A stretch of DNA of 63,992 nt, counting the filler, from Acetivibrio sp. (GTDB taxonomy: Bacteria > Bacillota > Clostridia > Acetivibrionales > Acetivibrionaceae), in NCBI RefSeq assembly GCF_035371925.1. It is 4 parts of 4 records of this genome, joined end to end, with 100 filler letters (N's around TTAATTAATTAA, not from the genome) between each part and the next. Parts side by side here need not be neighbours in the genome. Positions count along the whole stretch, not along the records: positions 1 to 16,474 come from NZ_DAORXT010000064.1; 3 more parts are not named here. One strand, given 5' to 3'. The notes under the pieces are model-generated. The model saw nothing but the letters and a program-made list of their open reading frames with translations. It did not search any database and was not told the DNA's origin. The position numbers and the translations under genes are program-made. How positions within the stretch are numbered: the first letter of the stretch is position 1; every line of letters starts with the position of its first letter. Positions 1 to 9,992 of this stretch are shown one piece after another.

Positions 1-79
1 AAATAGTTATTTATAAAACTTAATTACAAAAATTATCACAAAATGTAAATTATATTCTAACCAGTAATAAGAGAGGTAA

Positions 80-1975
80 ATGGCAATGACGCGACTAAAA
101 AACTTCATAAATCAACGTTTTCATCTTGCAGAGACTATTTATTGGGTACTGTTTATTTTATTCCTTATGCTAAAGTGCCTTTATTTTCAGTTTACAACAA
201 AACTGAATACGGACCCTTATTTTTCTGCGGTAAATATAACCATGTTCCTTTCGTCTTTTGCAATTTTGCTGATAATATCGGCTTTTATAGCTCTTATTCT
301 CAACAAATTCAGATTTATTGCACTCTTTACAATAAATCTTCTTTTGACGATTTTGCTGATAGCAGATACCAACTTTTTCAGGTATTACTACAACTTAATT
401 ACCATACCTGTATTCTTCCAGCTTAATATCAAAATGGTGAGCTCTGTAAACGAGAGCATACTGAGTCAATTTATGCTTAAGGATTTGATATATCTTATTG
501 ATTTGCCTTTTATGCTGACAGGAGTTGTTCTGCTTAGCAAAAACGCACGGAAGATACATATTTCCCGCAGGGCATACCGTTCTGTGGCTCTTTTGGTTGT
601 GGGCATGGTTACCTTTTTGTCGGTTTTCCAAACTTCAAACTTAAATTCCTTTGCATATAACAACAACTACTCAGCCAAAAGCCTTGGGGTATTTTTCTCC
701 CATTACTACAACACAAAGCTTTTGATTGAAGAAAATCTACTGGAAGACGACAACTTCACCCAAGAAGACAAAAACTCCATCAAAGCCTTTTACGAAATAA
801 AAGAGAGTGAGAAAAATGACTTGGGAAGCAAGTTAAAGGGAATTGCCAAGGATAAAAACCTGATTGTCGTACAGATGGAGGCTCTTCAGCAATTTGTAAT
901 AAACCTGAAAATAAACGGCAAAGAAGTAACTCCAAACCTAAACAGGCTTATTGGCGACAGCCTCTATTTTGATAATGTATTTTATCAGGTGGCGGGGGGC
1001 AATACTTCCGATGCGGAATTTTTGACCAACAACTCATTGTATCCTGCAAAAGAGGGGGCAGCTTACCATCTGTACCCCGAAAACACTTACCATTCCCTGG
1101 CCAATATTCTAAAGGATAAGGGATACAACACTTACTCATTGCACGGTTTTGAGAAAACCTTCTGGAATAGAGACGAAATGCACATGACCCTAGGCTTTGA
1201 CAGATTTTTCAACCAAGATGATTTTGTGTTGGACGATTTTGCAGGGTGGGAAGGCCAGGCTCTCAGCGATTCATCCTTCTTCAGGCAGTCTTTGGATAAA
1301 ATAGACACATCAAAGCCTTTTTACAGCTTTTATATAACTCTGTCAAGCCATCACCCGTTCAACTACTTTGAAGACTATGATTTTGACGTCGGTGAATTCC
1401 AGGGAACCTACATAGGCAATTACCTTAAGGCCGCCAATTATCTTGACAAATGCATAGGTGAATTTATAGAGGACCTTAAGGAGCGGGGATTATACGACAA
1501 CAGTCTTCTGGTATTCTACGGGGACCATGCTGCCGTAAAGAAAATGGAAGCCGATGGGCTTATGAAGCTTCTTGACATGGAATACAGCGAACCCGAATGG
1601 ATGAAGCTTCAAAAAGTACCCCTTATAATACATTACCCCAACCAGTCAAAGCCCGAAGTTATAAGCACCATAGGCGGTCAGATCGACATACTTCCTACCG
1701 TTGCAAACCTTATGGATTTTGACGCGCCTTATGCTTTAGGAAAAGATCTTCTAAACTATGACGAAAATGAAGGTTATGTCATCTTAAGGGACGGCTCGGT
1801 AATAACAAAGGATTTTATATACTTTAACGATTTAAGGGAAGTATATGATTTCAATAACGGAAAGCAGTTGAATCTGAACCTTTATGCCGATAAGATTACT
1901 TCATACTTAAACGAACTCAATGTGTCGGATATAATCATAACCAAAGATGCTTTCAAACACGGTTTTGAAAAATGA
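80..1975 (+). CDS. LTA synthase family protein (LtaS/sulfatase-like)
   Basis: 631 aa with about 5 N-terminal TM segments, then motifs QMEALQ, GGNTSDAE (catalytic Thr), SSHHPF and YGDH typical of the LtaS/MdoB family. Confidence 0.9.
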   Translation: MAMTRLKNFINQRFHLAETIYWVLFILFLMLKCLYFQFTTKLNTDPYFSAVNITMFLSSFAILLIISAFIALILNKFRFIALFTINLLLTILLIADTNFFRYYYNLITIPVFFQLNIKMVSSVNESILSQFMLKDLIYLIDLPFMLTGVVLLSKNARKIHISRRAYRSVALLVVGMVTFLSVFQTSNLNSFAYNNNYSAKSLGVFFSHYYNTKLLIEENLLEDDNFTQEDKNSIKAFYEIKESEKNDLGSKLKGIAKDKNLIVVQMEALQQFVINLKINGKEVTPNLNRLIGDSLYFDNVFYQVAGGNTSDAEFLTNNSLYPAKEGAAYHLYPENTYHSLANILKDKGYNTYSLHGFEKTFWNRDEMHMTLGFDRFFNQDDFVLDDFAGWEGQALSDSSFFRQSLDKIDTSKPFYSFYITLSSHHPFNYFEDYDFDVGEFQGTYIGNYLKAANYLDKCIGEFIEDLKERGLYDNSLLVFYGDHAAVKKMEADGLMKLLDMEYSEPEWMKLQKVPLIIHYPNQSKPEVISTIGGQIDILPTVANLMDFDAPYALGKDLLNYDENEGYVILRDGSVITKDFIYFNDLREVYDFNNGKQLNLNLYADKITSYLNELNVSDIIITKDAFKHGFEK

Positions 1976-1996
1976 TAAATTCCAAGACATGTTTAA

Positions 1997-2020
1997 AAGG
2001 AGGCCTTATAAAGCCTCCTT
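1997..2020 (+). terminator. Rho-independent terminator after the LTA synthase gene
   Basis: Inverted repeat AAGGAGGC / GCCTCCTT followed by an AT-rich tract. Confidence 0.6.
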
Positions 2021-2053
2021 ATTTAGTATTAAGCAGTATCTTAGCACTAATTT

Positions 2054-2089
2054 AATTGTCAACCTAAAATTAAAAAAGTGTTGACAATC
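2054..2089 (+). promoter_or_regulatory. BirA (biotin repressor) operator overlapping the bioY -35 element
   Basis: TGTCAAC(2057-2063)-N16-GTTGACA(2080-2086) fits the Firmicutes BirA site wwTGTtAAC-N15/16-GTTaACAww; the right arm contains TTGACA (2081-2086). Confidence 0.8.
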
Positions 2090-2160
2090 AACCCGCAATA
2101 TAATAATATCTAAATTGATGTATATTATTGTTAAATTTTAAATTCAATTGGAGGGGTATC

Positions 2161-2721
2161 ATGACGCGAAACAAATATCTTAGAGACATGATGTATGCTG
2201 CAATTTTCACAGCCTTAATGGCAGTGCTTGGCTGGATAAGCATAACGGTTCCCATCCTTCCCGCTCCAATTACGGGACAAACCTTGGGTGTTATGCTGGC
2301 AGGTATCGTTCTCACACCAAAGCAGGCAGGACTTAGCATGGCAACCTATATTGCCTTAGGTCTGGCAGGTCTTCCGGTATTTCAAAAAGGTGGAGCAGGA
2401 ATAGCTTATTTATTAGGTCCCACCGGCGGATTTATTATCGGTTTTCTTGTAGGTGCCGTAGTAATTTCCCTGCTCAAAGGAAACGGTCAAAATGTCTTAA
2501 GAACAGGAATTTCATGTATTGTCGGCGGCATCCTTGCAGTATATGCCATAGGCATTCCGTGGCTCTGCTTTGAAATGACCGGAAGTCTGTTTTCCTCAAG
2601 TCATGCCTTATCAACTCTGGCTTTTGTACCCGGGGACATCATAAAAGTGTGTGTTGCCACAATGATTGGTGTACGGGTAAGCAGAAGCCTTGAGTATCAG
2701 CTATCGGCACAAGACTTGTAA
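2161..2721 (+). CDS. bioY: Biotin ECF transporter S component BioY
   Basis: Hydrophobic protein with the P(A/V)PITGQTLGV and GLPVF..GG.G...L.GPTGGFIIGF BioY motifs; start moved to ATG 2161 after RBS GGAGGGG. Confidence 0.92.
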   Translation: MTRNKYLRDMMYAAIFTALMAVLGWISITVPILPAPITGQTLGVMLAGIVLTPKQAGLSMATYIALGLAGLPVFQKGGAGIAYLLGPTGGFIIGFLVGAVVISLLKGNGQNVLRTGISCIVGGILAVYAIGIPWLCFEMTGSLFSSSHALSTLAFVPGDIIKVCVATMIGVRVSRSLEYQLSAQDL

Positions 2722-2729
2722 AGCTTGTC

Positions 2730-3020
2730 CTAAAGCTGCCTTTTTAGATAGCAGTCAATGCAAAATACCTCACCTTCAGGTTCATTGCTGTCGTTGTACA
2801 TTTTTTTGAGCTCCCTGCCGCAGTCCTTGCAAGTTACAAGTATATAGTCTGCTTCATCGCTGTCTTCTTCGTAATTATCGCAGACTATATCACATTCTTC
2901 TTCATCACATTCTTCACATTTGTCGGAGGGAAAGCCAAAACTGCATTCATATGTTTCTTTACCCTCGTCATCAATTAATCTTTTTAAATTTCTGCATCCG
3001 TTGCAGATACACTCTGCCAT
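2730..3020 (-). CDS. Hypothetical acidic Cys-rich protein (putative metal-binding)
   Basis: 96 aa with 12 Cys including several CxxC pairs; directly downstream of and co-oriented with the SEC-C gene. Confidence 0.65.
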   Translation of the reverse strand: MAECICNGCRNLKRLIDDEGKETYECSFGFPSDKCEECDEEECDIVCDNYEEDSDEADYILVTCKDCGRELKKMYNDSNEPEGEVFCIDCYLKRQL

Positions 3021-3072
3021 ACACCAATTTCCTCCGTCTTGCTTTTATAAAACATTTTGTACTTGGCACAAT

Positions 3073-3567
3073 TTATGCACCGCAGCACTTTTTGTATTTT
3101 TTACCGCTTCCGCAAATGCACGGTTCGTTTCTTCCAATCTTGTTGCTTACAGCAATATGAGCTTTGTTGTAGTCTTTCAATATTTCTTTTCTTCTCTCCT
3201 CGCTCAATATGTTGTCCCACTGGGGAAGGTTATACAGCCAATAAGCTTTTGCATCCAGCATATTGTAATACAGTTTTTCAAAATCAACTTCCAGACGGAT
3301 ATTTGAATCTTCGCTAAGTTCCTCAAGTTTGACAGGCTCCTTTAAACTGGTCTCAATACCGTCCATAAATCCGGCAAAGACAACGGGCTCCATATCAAAC
3401 TTTTCTGCAAGCTCTTTAAGATTTCCCTCTACAACTTCTTCATGATGCTCCAAAATAAACTCATATACTTTCATTTCTTTTTCAAGATAAGTATTCCAGA
3501 ATTTATTGGATTCTTCTTCCGACCTCTCTTTTTCACAAAGCTCATGCCACTCATTAAAAAGACTCAT
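3073..3567 (-). CDS. SEC-C metal-binding domain protein
   Basis: C-terminal [25 protein letters not shown] motif; RBS GGAG upstream. Confidence 0.88.
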   Translation of the reverse strand: MSLFNEWHELCEKERSEEESNKFWNTYLEKEMKVYEFILEHHEEVVEGNLKELAEKFDMEPVVFAGFMDGIETSLKEPVKLEELSEDSNIRLEVDFEKLYYNMLDAKAYWLYNLPQWDNILSEERRKEILKDYNKAHIAVSNKIGRNEPCICGSGKKYKKCCGA

Positions 3568-3683
3568 ATGTACTCCATCTCTCCTTCGTTTATTATGACT
3601 ATTAACTCCTACATATTATAACACAATACTGCATCTAAAATAACCATTCCAACCAAATATATTTTTTAAAAACGGTGTTTTAA

Positions 3684-5132
3684 TCAATCGGGTTCAATTC
3701 CCCATACCAGTTTATTTGAAATGTATGCCGTCATCTTCTTCCAATCGGCATAGGAATTTGCCGGATTGTAGGAATAATCGTCCCGCTGTTCAAATTTGGC
3801 CCAGTCATTCTTGTAAAATTCTCCCCTGACATACACTACATCGTTTGGAAGAAGGGTTCCCGTCTTAAATGTGATTTCAAGGTACTTGTTTGCTTGTGTT
3901 TTTCCTGCAAGGCTATAAAATCTGCACTGAACGTCCTTTATCTCTCCCAAACTGTAAAAATACACTGCCCAGTTCATACCGTCAACCGGAATATCTTCCT
4001 TGAAATAATACCTTACTTTAACGTCTTTTAAGTCAATTGTCTCATTTCCTGTGTTATACATCCTAAAGCTAAAGTCAACTCCCTGGGAATCATATGCTTT
4101 CTCGCTATAATGCTGTAACCTAAGTCCTTTTGTTGTCACTTCGGTATCCTTTGGACTTTCAACTGTAACCGAAGGCTGCGGTGTCTTTTCATCGGGTACG
4201 CTTGTAGTCTCCGCAGCTGCCGGTACTTTTGTATCTTCAGGATATGGAGAGCTTTTTGAAAATCCGGGCTCTGTGTACGGTGATACCTGCTCAGTTTCTT
4301 CAGAAGGCGCAGGCGTGGCCTGTGGTTTCTCAGCGGTCGACATATCTTCTGAGGCCAGCTTCATCTGCTCCAATTTTTCTATCATATCCGAAATGCTCAT
4401 CTCATACACTTCATCAATGGTAATGCTGTTGTCCAGATCCTCAGCTTCAAGGTATAAACAGTATTTTCCCATTGAAAGTCCACACTTTTGTGCTTCTTTT
4501 CTTTCTTCGGGCGTTGCCGTTACGGTACGTCCCTCAATATCGTCAATTCTGTCCACCTCGGCTTTGATACCGGCAAGCAATCTTGCCAATTTATCCTCCT
4601 CATCTTCTCTTCCTGATTTGTATTCGCTTCGTTTATCATTAAGAGCCCCACTGACAAGAACAATTTTTCTTTCATCGGAAGCTTTGAAAAAACCAAAACT
4701 TACGGACCTTTTAACAAGCTCAAAAACAACAGTCTCAGCATTTTTATCCGTAAAATCCAGTCCTTCGGTCAACCGGGCTCCATCTGCATTTAGAGGTGTA
4801 ATTTCCAAAACTCTATATTTTCCATCAATTACCAACTCGACACTTGGGTTTATATCAACATTTATGTATCCGTAAATATTGCTTGTGTTTCTTAGAAAGG
4901 CAAATTGGAAATATAAAAACATTACAACCAAAACTGCCGCAACACTTGAAACAGCAGCAGCGGTATATAAAAATCTTCTTCCTTTGACATTATATATATC
5001 CCCATTTTCAAAGCTCACCTGCTGCCCAACCTTCATATCTTTGCGCCTGCAAATGATTACAAATTCACTTTCGGTTGTCAAAACAACTGCCTTTTTACCC
5101 TGAATTTCATATACTATACCTATTCTATTCAT
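3684..5132 (-). CDS. rsgI: Anti-sigma-I factor RsgI with C-terminal CBM3 (RsgI1-like)
   Basis: N-terminal RsgI_N domain ([14 protein letters not shown]...GQQV), TM helix, VDINPS motif, Pro/Thr/Ser/Glu linker, and CBM3 ([12 protein letters not shown]...DDYSY...[18 protein letters not shown]). Confidence 0.93.
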   Translation of the reverse strand: MNRIGIVYEIQGKKAVVLTTESEFVIICRRKDMKVGQQVSFENGDIYNVKGRRFLYTAAAVSSVAAVLVVMFLYFQFAFLRNTSNIYGYINVDINPSVELVIDGKYRVLEITPLNADGARLTEGLDFTDKNAETVVFELVKRSVSFGFFKASDERKIVLVSGALNDKRSEYKSGREDEEDKLARLLAGIKAEVDRIDDIEGRTVTATPEERKEAQKCGLSMGKYCLYLEAEDLDNSITIDEVYEMSISDMIEKLEQMKLASEDMSTAEKPQATPAPSEETEQVSPYTEPGFSKSSPYPEDTKVPAAAETTSVPDEKTPQPSVTVESPKDTEVTTKGLRLQHYSEKAYDSQGVDFSFRMYNTGNETIDLKDVKVRYYFKEDIPVDGMNWAVYFYSLGEIKDVQCRFYSLAGKTQANKYLEITFKTGTLLPNDVVYVRGEFYKNDWAKFEQRDDYSYNPANSYADWKKMTAYISNKLVWGIEPD

Positions 5133-5138
5133 ACTACC

Positions 5139-5897
5139 TCACTTTCCTCCGTCCATAGTATATTCCAAATATCTCTTTGATAGATTGAGGTTGCTTTTAA
5201 AAATCAAGCAAAGAGCTATTATATACTTTCTATTGTTACCTATGGTCCTTCCGTGAACTTTGGCTTTCTTCTTCAATTCATTTCTGGGTATGCTTTTATT
5301 CTTCATCAATGCCTTATACATTTGCTCGTCCTCTGCAAGCATCTTGGCAATCCTTATACATAGCTGTCTTGAGTCTTTGTGTTTCGGCACGTTTAATACC
5401 AAATCAAAAAAGCTTATACCGAATTCTTTCAGCTTGTTTTTTAATTCTTCAATATCCTCCCTTGCCTCGATATCTTCAAATCCGATATATGAACTGGATA
5501 AAAGTTTTTCATCATTATAAAAGTACTCGTCATCAAAAAATGAAAAAGGATATTCCTTGTTGTCCCTATTACTTCTCGAATAATCAATCAGCCGTCTTTT
5601 AATTACTTGCTCTGAAAAGAGGAAAAAATTATAACCTTTTCCGATATCAAATTTATCAATTGCTTCATTGAATGCAGACATGGCAATGCTAAACTCGTCA
5701 CTGTTGCGGGTATCAATATATTTTCCCACAGCATTTGACGTAACTTTCAAAATGAACGGTCTGTATTCGGATATAAACTCTTCTCTAAGCTGCTGATTGC
5801 CTTCTTTTATCTGTTTAAGGGTAGAAATAAAGCCATCATAGACTGTCTCATCCAGTTTTTTGGCTTTGATACCAGTATTGATTTTTCTGACCTCCAA
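5139..5897 (-). CDS. sigI: RNA polymerase sigma-I factor (SigI1-like)
   Basis: Motifs REEFISEYRPFI, DEFSIAMSAFNEAIDKFD, FGISFFDLV..PKHKDSR and RKYIIA; immediately upstream of rsgI; TTG start. Confidence 0.93.
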   Translation of the reverse strand: MEVRKINTGIKAKKLDETVYDGFISTLKQIKEGNQQLREEFISEYRPFILKVTSNAVGKYIDTRNSDEFSIAMSAFNEAIDKFDIGKGYNFFLFSEQVIKRRLIDYSRSNRDNKEYPFSFFDDEYFYNDEKLLSSSYIGFEDIEAREDIEELKNKLKEFGISFFDLVLNVPKHKDSRQLCIRIAKMLAEDEQMYKALMKNKSIPRNELKKKAKVHGRTIGNNRKYIIALCLIFKSNLNLSKRYLEYTMDGGK

Positions 5898-5925
5898 CTA
5901 GATCATTCTCCCTTCAGTAGATTAC

Positions 5926-5950
5926 TTCGTACAAACCTGCTTCTTTTGTG
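5926..5950 (-). promoter_or_regulatory. SigI-dependent autoregulatory promoter of sigI-rsgI
   Basis: Minus strand reads cacAAAAgaagcaggtttgtaCGAA: A-tract -35 (5944-5947) and CGWA -10 (5926-5929), the known clostridial SigI promoter architecture. Confidence 0.78.
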
Positions 5951-6117
5951 TATATTATCGAATAATAGCGCTCTTACTTCATATAATGAAACATCTTTCG
6001 CCCGTTGGCAGTTTGAACACCAATTAGCATACAGTAGTTTTTTTAATTTAACAAGTAACAAATTCGTTACTTATGAATATTATTATATCAGTAAAATATA
6101 AAAGAAGTGAGTAAAAA

Positions 6118-6753
6118 ATGAGCGATATTCAAAATCCTGTTTACATATTTACAAGAAGAATTGTCTCTCCCTATCAGGACGTGATTATTGACTATCCCTT
6201 CGTAACAGGTTTTAAGACCCTCGCCGTTCAGAATACAATAAACTCCAGGATAATGAAAACAGTAAACCAACTTATCTATGAGCAGACAAACAAGTTATTG
6301 GAGCAAGGATATAAAGCTCCTCAAATGACCATACAGGGCTGGTATGAAATAAAGACAAATGAGCGCGGTGTGTTAAGCCTTTCAATAGGAAATTATACCA
6401 TTGCATATCCTGCTGCCCACGGGCTGACCATAATAAAGTCACTAACCTTCGATATAAACACAGGCAAAGAATACAAGCTGGAGGAACTCTTCAAGCCAGG
6501 AAGCGATTATGTTGGCGTATTGTCGAAAATAATTCAGAAGCAGATAAAGGAAAGAGAGATTCCAATCCTCGGTGAATTCAAACAAATACAAGCCGATCAG
6601 GATTACTACATAGCCGACAAAGCATTGGTAATATATTTCCAGCTATATGAAATAACTGCTTATGCTTTTGGTTTTCCTATGTTCCCCATATCAGTGTATG
6701 AGATACAATATATCATAAGAGAAGGAAGTCCCTTGGCCGCTATGTTAACATAA
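6118..6753 (+). CDS. DUF3298/DUF4163 (PdaC/RsiV-like fold) protein
   Basis: Motifs AAHGLT...SLTFDINTGK..KLEELF and QDYYI...LVIYFQLYEITAYAFGFPMF. Confidence 0.8.
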   Translation: MSDIQNPVYIFTRRIVSPYQDVIIDYPFVTGFKTLAVQNTINSRIMKTVNQLIYEQTNKLLEQGYKAPQMTIQGWYEIKTNERGVLSLSIGNYTIAYPAAHGLTIIKSLTFDINTGKEYKLEELFKPGSDYVGVLSKIIQKQIKEREIPILGEFKQIQADQDYYIADKALVIYFQLYEITAYAFGFPMFPISVYEIQYIIREGSPLAAMLT

Positions 6754-6798
6754 AAAGAAATTTTGCTTTTAGGTAGCGAATACTCAGCTCACCCTATA

Positions 6799-6837
6799 AA
6801 GAATTCGACCTATGACAGGTCGAATTCTTCATTTTTT
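6799..6837 (+). terminator. Rho-independent terminator
   Basis: 12-bp stem AAGAATTCGACC / GGTCGAATTCTT followed by a T-tract. Confidence 0.8.
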
Positions 6838-6903
6838 ATTTGGCCTCTTGGAATGAAATGAAAGAGGCAAAAGCGAAGGGACTCGATGTCCCGAGCTTTT
6901 ATT
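6832..6903 (+). repeat. 72-bp dispersed hairpin-rich repeat, copy 1
   Basis: Identical in reverse complement to 35477-35548. Confidence 0.9.
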
Positions 6904-7429
6904 TACATTTATGCTTTTTTATATAGGATTTATACATAAATCCGGGATAACCCGTTCCATCCCACTCATCAATTTTCTCGTTAAACCTTTTGATGATTTC
7001 GTCTGCATCCTTTTTAGAAATCTTACCTTCCTTCACCTTTTTATCAATTTTTTCTTTGAATCCTTTTTTAAGCTTCTCACGTTTTTGCTCCACTGTAAGC
7101 TTGTTAAATTCCTCAATTTCCTTAATCCTTGCATCTATTTTTGCATTGAGATCATCGGCTTCTTCCTTTGTAATCTTTCCTGCGTCCAAAAGCTCTTTAA
7201 CTTTTGCCTTCTTGTCCCTAAGCTTTTGTATGGGATCTATTTGAGTTTCGGAGCCATTTTCGTTTGATTTGTGTTTGCTCCTTTCTCCTTCCCTTTTTTG
7301 CTCAATCTGATTCTTCTGCTGTGCAATAGTGCTTTCCTTCAACGCAACAGAATTAGGTGCTGCAAAAACGGAAACAGAAGACAGTGCCGCCATTAGAGCC
7401 GTTGCAATAACAATTTTGCGAAATTTCAC
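6899..7429 (-). CDS. Secreted highly charged helical protein (DUF2680-like)
   Basis: GTG 7429 after RBS GGAGG; signal peptide ending VFA-A; two GKI(T/S)KxxAD repeats. Confidence 0.7.
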   Translation of the reverse strand: MKFRKIVIATALMAALSSVSVFAAPNSVALKESTIAQQKNQIEQKREGERSKHKSNENGSETQIDPIQKLRDKKAKVKELLDAGKITKEEADDLNAKIDARIKEIEEFNKLTVEQKREKLKKGFKEKIDKKVKEGKISKKDADEIIKRFNEKIDEWDGTGYPGFMYKSYIKKHKCK

Positions 7430-7610
7430 TTTAACACCTCCTTTAAAACTAGTATAACCACGCTGCGTAAAATAATTAACGAACACTACTTGTATTGATT
7501 TTGCAAATATATTAATTGCCACCAATACAATAAGGTTATAGCTGCTGTTTTAAAGGCAGTGCTTTTGCAAAATGCCATATATGCCAAAAATTTGTATTAT
7601 TGTGTGAATT

Positions 7611-9800
7611 TTATAAATACTCAATATTGGTCAAGAGTTTTGAAATTACTACTGCAATTTCAGCCCTTGTAGCCAGGCTCTTCGGATGTATTTTTCCGTC
7701 AAATCCGTTAACAATCCCTTCCTTCGTGAGGATAGCCACCGCTTGCCTTGCATAGCCGTTTATAGCGTTGGCATCAGCGTAATTTTCAAGGAATTTTTCA
7801 TCGGCTTTATCAATCTTTGCCTCGGCTACTTTAAGAGCATTTACCACTATAACCATCATATCTTCTCTGGTAATATTGGCATTGGGATTAAAAATACTTC
7901 CGTCTCCCTTTACGATGCCCAGCGCTTTGGCAATTCCCACCGCCTCATAGTAATAAGCATCTTCTTTAACATCACCGAAATTGTCTTCAAAATCAGCCTC
8001 CAAGTTAAGGGCCTTGACAATCATGATGGTAAAATCCGCTCTCTTTGTGTTCACTCCCGGGTTGAACATTCCGCTTTCGTCCCCTTTTACAACTCCCTTA
8101 TTATAAAGCATATCAATTGCATCAACGGCCCAGGAGTATTTCATACCAACATCCGGGAAATATTGGGACTGGTTGGTGCTAATCGCAAGGCCTTCACTCT
8201 CATTGTGAAGCCTGTCTAAGGCAGTGACAACATAATATACGCCGTCAGCATCCGAAACCCCATAATCCACGAATTTCTGCACACCGTCACTATTTTTCCT
8301 CAAAGTGGCGATAAGCTTGTATGCACTACTATCTGATATAATGTCCATACTTTCTCCTAAGTTAAAGCGGTAAATTGCATAATAAGCCGTATCGGGGTCA
8401 TTATCCGTCCATGAAACCTCCACTCCGTTGGAAAGGATCTCCAACTTACCAAGTACCGGTGCGCCAGGAGCAGAGCTGTCCTTCCATGGCATTACCGGAA
8501 TCAGGGCTTTCTGCGACCACAAGTCATCTTTTATGGCTTTTACCGCCTGCTGTTTGCCGGAATCCTTAAAATTCATAAAACGGAACAAAACAGTACCCAT
8601 TATCTCGGGTTTTACAACATTGAATTTCAATTGCCTTGTCAATTCAGGCACTGCATTTTGGCCTGTAAAATAGGAATCGGTATCATCGTTTATCTTATAA
8701 AACGCCTGACCTATATAAAGATGCACATTTTTTCCCTTGCATACATTCGCCCACCACGAAGCAAGTTCACCGTAAGGTGCCCTGGAATTGGCAAAAGTAA
8801 AATAAATCTGGGGAGCAATATAATCAATAAGCTCCTCTTCAACCCATTTTTTTGTGTCGGCAAAGCATTTGTCGTAATTTGTAAAGCTTGAGTTGGTGTT
8901 GGAACCGTCACTATGACCGTCGCTTTTATTTCCCCATATACCGGATGGGCTAATGCCAAATTTAACCCACGGTTTAGTTGCTCTTATCTTTTGGGAAAGC
9001 TCTTTTACCAGCAAATATGTGTTATTCCTTCTAAAATCACCTATATTAGAAAACTGGCCTTTATTATATTTGTTATAGGTATCCTGATCCTTCATCTCAC
9101 CCTCATATTGCTCGTAGTAGAAATAATCGTCAAAATGCACTCCATCCACGTCATATTTCTTTACCACTTCCATAACACGGTTAATCACCCATTGCCTTGC
9201 TTCAGGTATTCCCGGGTCGACAACAAACCTGCTCATGGCTGTCTTAATCCACTCAGGATGCTCCTTGTAAACACTCTTTTCAATCATTAAAGATGAAACG
9301 GTAGAGTCATTTGTATTCATCGATACTCTGTAGGGATTGAACCATGCATGAATCTCCAGGTTACGCTTATGGGCCTCTTCAACGGCAAATTCCAATGGGT
9401 CAAAGCCGGGGTCTTTTCCAAAGGTTCCTGTCAGATAGCGTGACCAAGGTACTATATCCGATTTGTAAAATGCATCTCCCTCTGGACTAACCTGGAAGAA
9501 AACAGCATTTAGATTCATATCCACTGCACTGTCTAAAATCTCTACAAGTTCTTCCTTGCTTTTTCTTATTCTTTCCGAAGTATCCGCAATTTTTCTGGTG
9601 TCGACGGACGGCCAGTCAAGGTTTACAACAGTGCTAATCCAAGCTCCCCTAAGATGCCTTTTTGCAACCGGTGTCTCGTTGGGTATAAACTTCTGATAGG
9701 CGCTCCAAGGCTCCGTTTTTGCGCTATTTAGCGTAAAAGTGCAAACTATTATAAGAAATGACAATAGAATGCAGACAAGTTTTCTGTAATGTTTTTTCAT
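7611..9800 (-). CDS. GHL10 (DUF187/YddW-like) glycoside hydrolase with FN3-like and three SLH domains
   Basis: Signal peptide; LRGAWISTVVNLDWPS, LEIHAWFNPYR and YDVDGVHFDDYFY motifs; C-terminal SLH repeats (FPDV...WA, F.P....TRADF, ITREDM, TRAEIA). Confidence 0.88.
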   Translation of the reverse strand: MKKHYRKLVCILLSFLIIVCTFTLNSAKTEPWSAYQKFIPNETPVAKRHLRGAWISTVVNLDWPSVDTRKIADTSERIRKSKEELVEILDSAVDMNLNAVFFQVSPEGDAFYKSDIVPWSRYLTGTFGKDPGFDPLEFAVEEAHKRNLEIHAWFNPYRVSMNTNDSTVSSLMIEKSVYKEHPEWIKTAMSRFVVDPGIPEARQWVINRVMEVVKKYDVDGVHFDDYFYYEQYEGEMKDQDTYNKYNKGQFSNIGDFRRNNTYLLVKELSQKIRATKPWVKFGISPSGIWGNKSDGHSDGSNTNSSFTNYDKCFADTKKWVEEELIDYIAPQIYFTFANSRAPYGELASWWANVCKGKNVHLYIGQAFYKINDDTDSYFTGQNAVPELTRQLKFNVVKPEIMGTVLFRFMNFKDSGKQQAVKAIKDDLWSQKALIPVMPWKDSSAPGAPVLGKLEILSNGVEVSWTDNDPDTAYYAIYRFNLGESMDIISDSSAYKLIATLRKNSDGVQKFVDYGVSDADGVYYVVTALDRLHNESEGLAISTNQSQYFPDVGMKYSWAVDAIDMLYNKGVVKGDESGMFNPGVNTKRADFTIMIVKALNLEADFEDNFGDVKEDAYYYEAVGIAKALGIVKGDGSIFNPNANITREDMMVIVVNALKVAEAKIDKADEKFLENYADANAINGYARQAVAILTKEGIVNGFDGKIHPKSLATRAEIAVVISKLLTNIEYL

Positions 9801-9930
9801 AAGAACTTTTAACCCCCAAAATAAAAAATAATATTTCTCTAATCACAATGTTATGTTTTCATTGAGTAGAAGTCAACCTGAAAATCCTGTTTATTCTGTT
9901 TTTCCGTTGCTTCGAAAATATTGCTTTAAA

Positions 9931-9970
9931 AAGGAGTGCCGCAAAACCAATTAAGTTTGCAGCACTCCTT
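9931..9970 (-). terminator. Terminator downstream of nrdJ
   Basis: Inverted repeat AAGGAGTGC / GCACTCCTT, T-rich on the minus strand. Confidence 0.6.
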
Positions 9971-9992
9971 GCCAGACTAAAACCTCAAATTA

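Noticed and set aside
6899..7525. Longer ORF-track starts (e.g. 7525, 2128, 47162, 49916, 61333)
   Set aside because: Downstream starts have clear RBSs and match family N-termini, so coordinates were adjusted.
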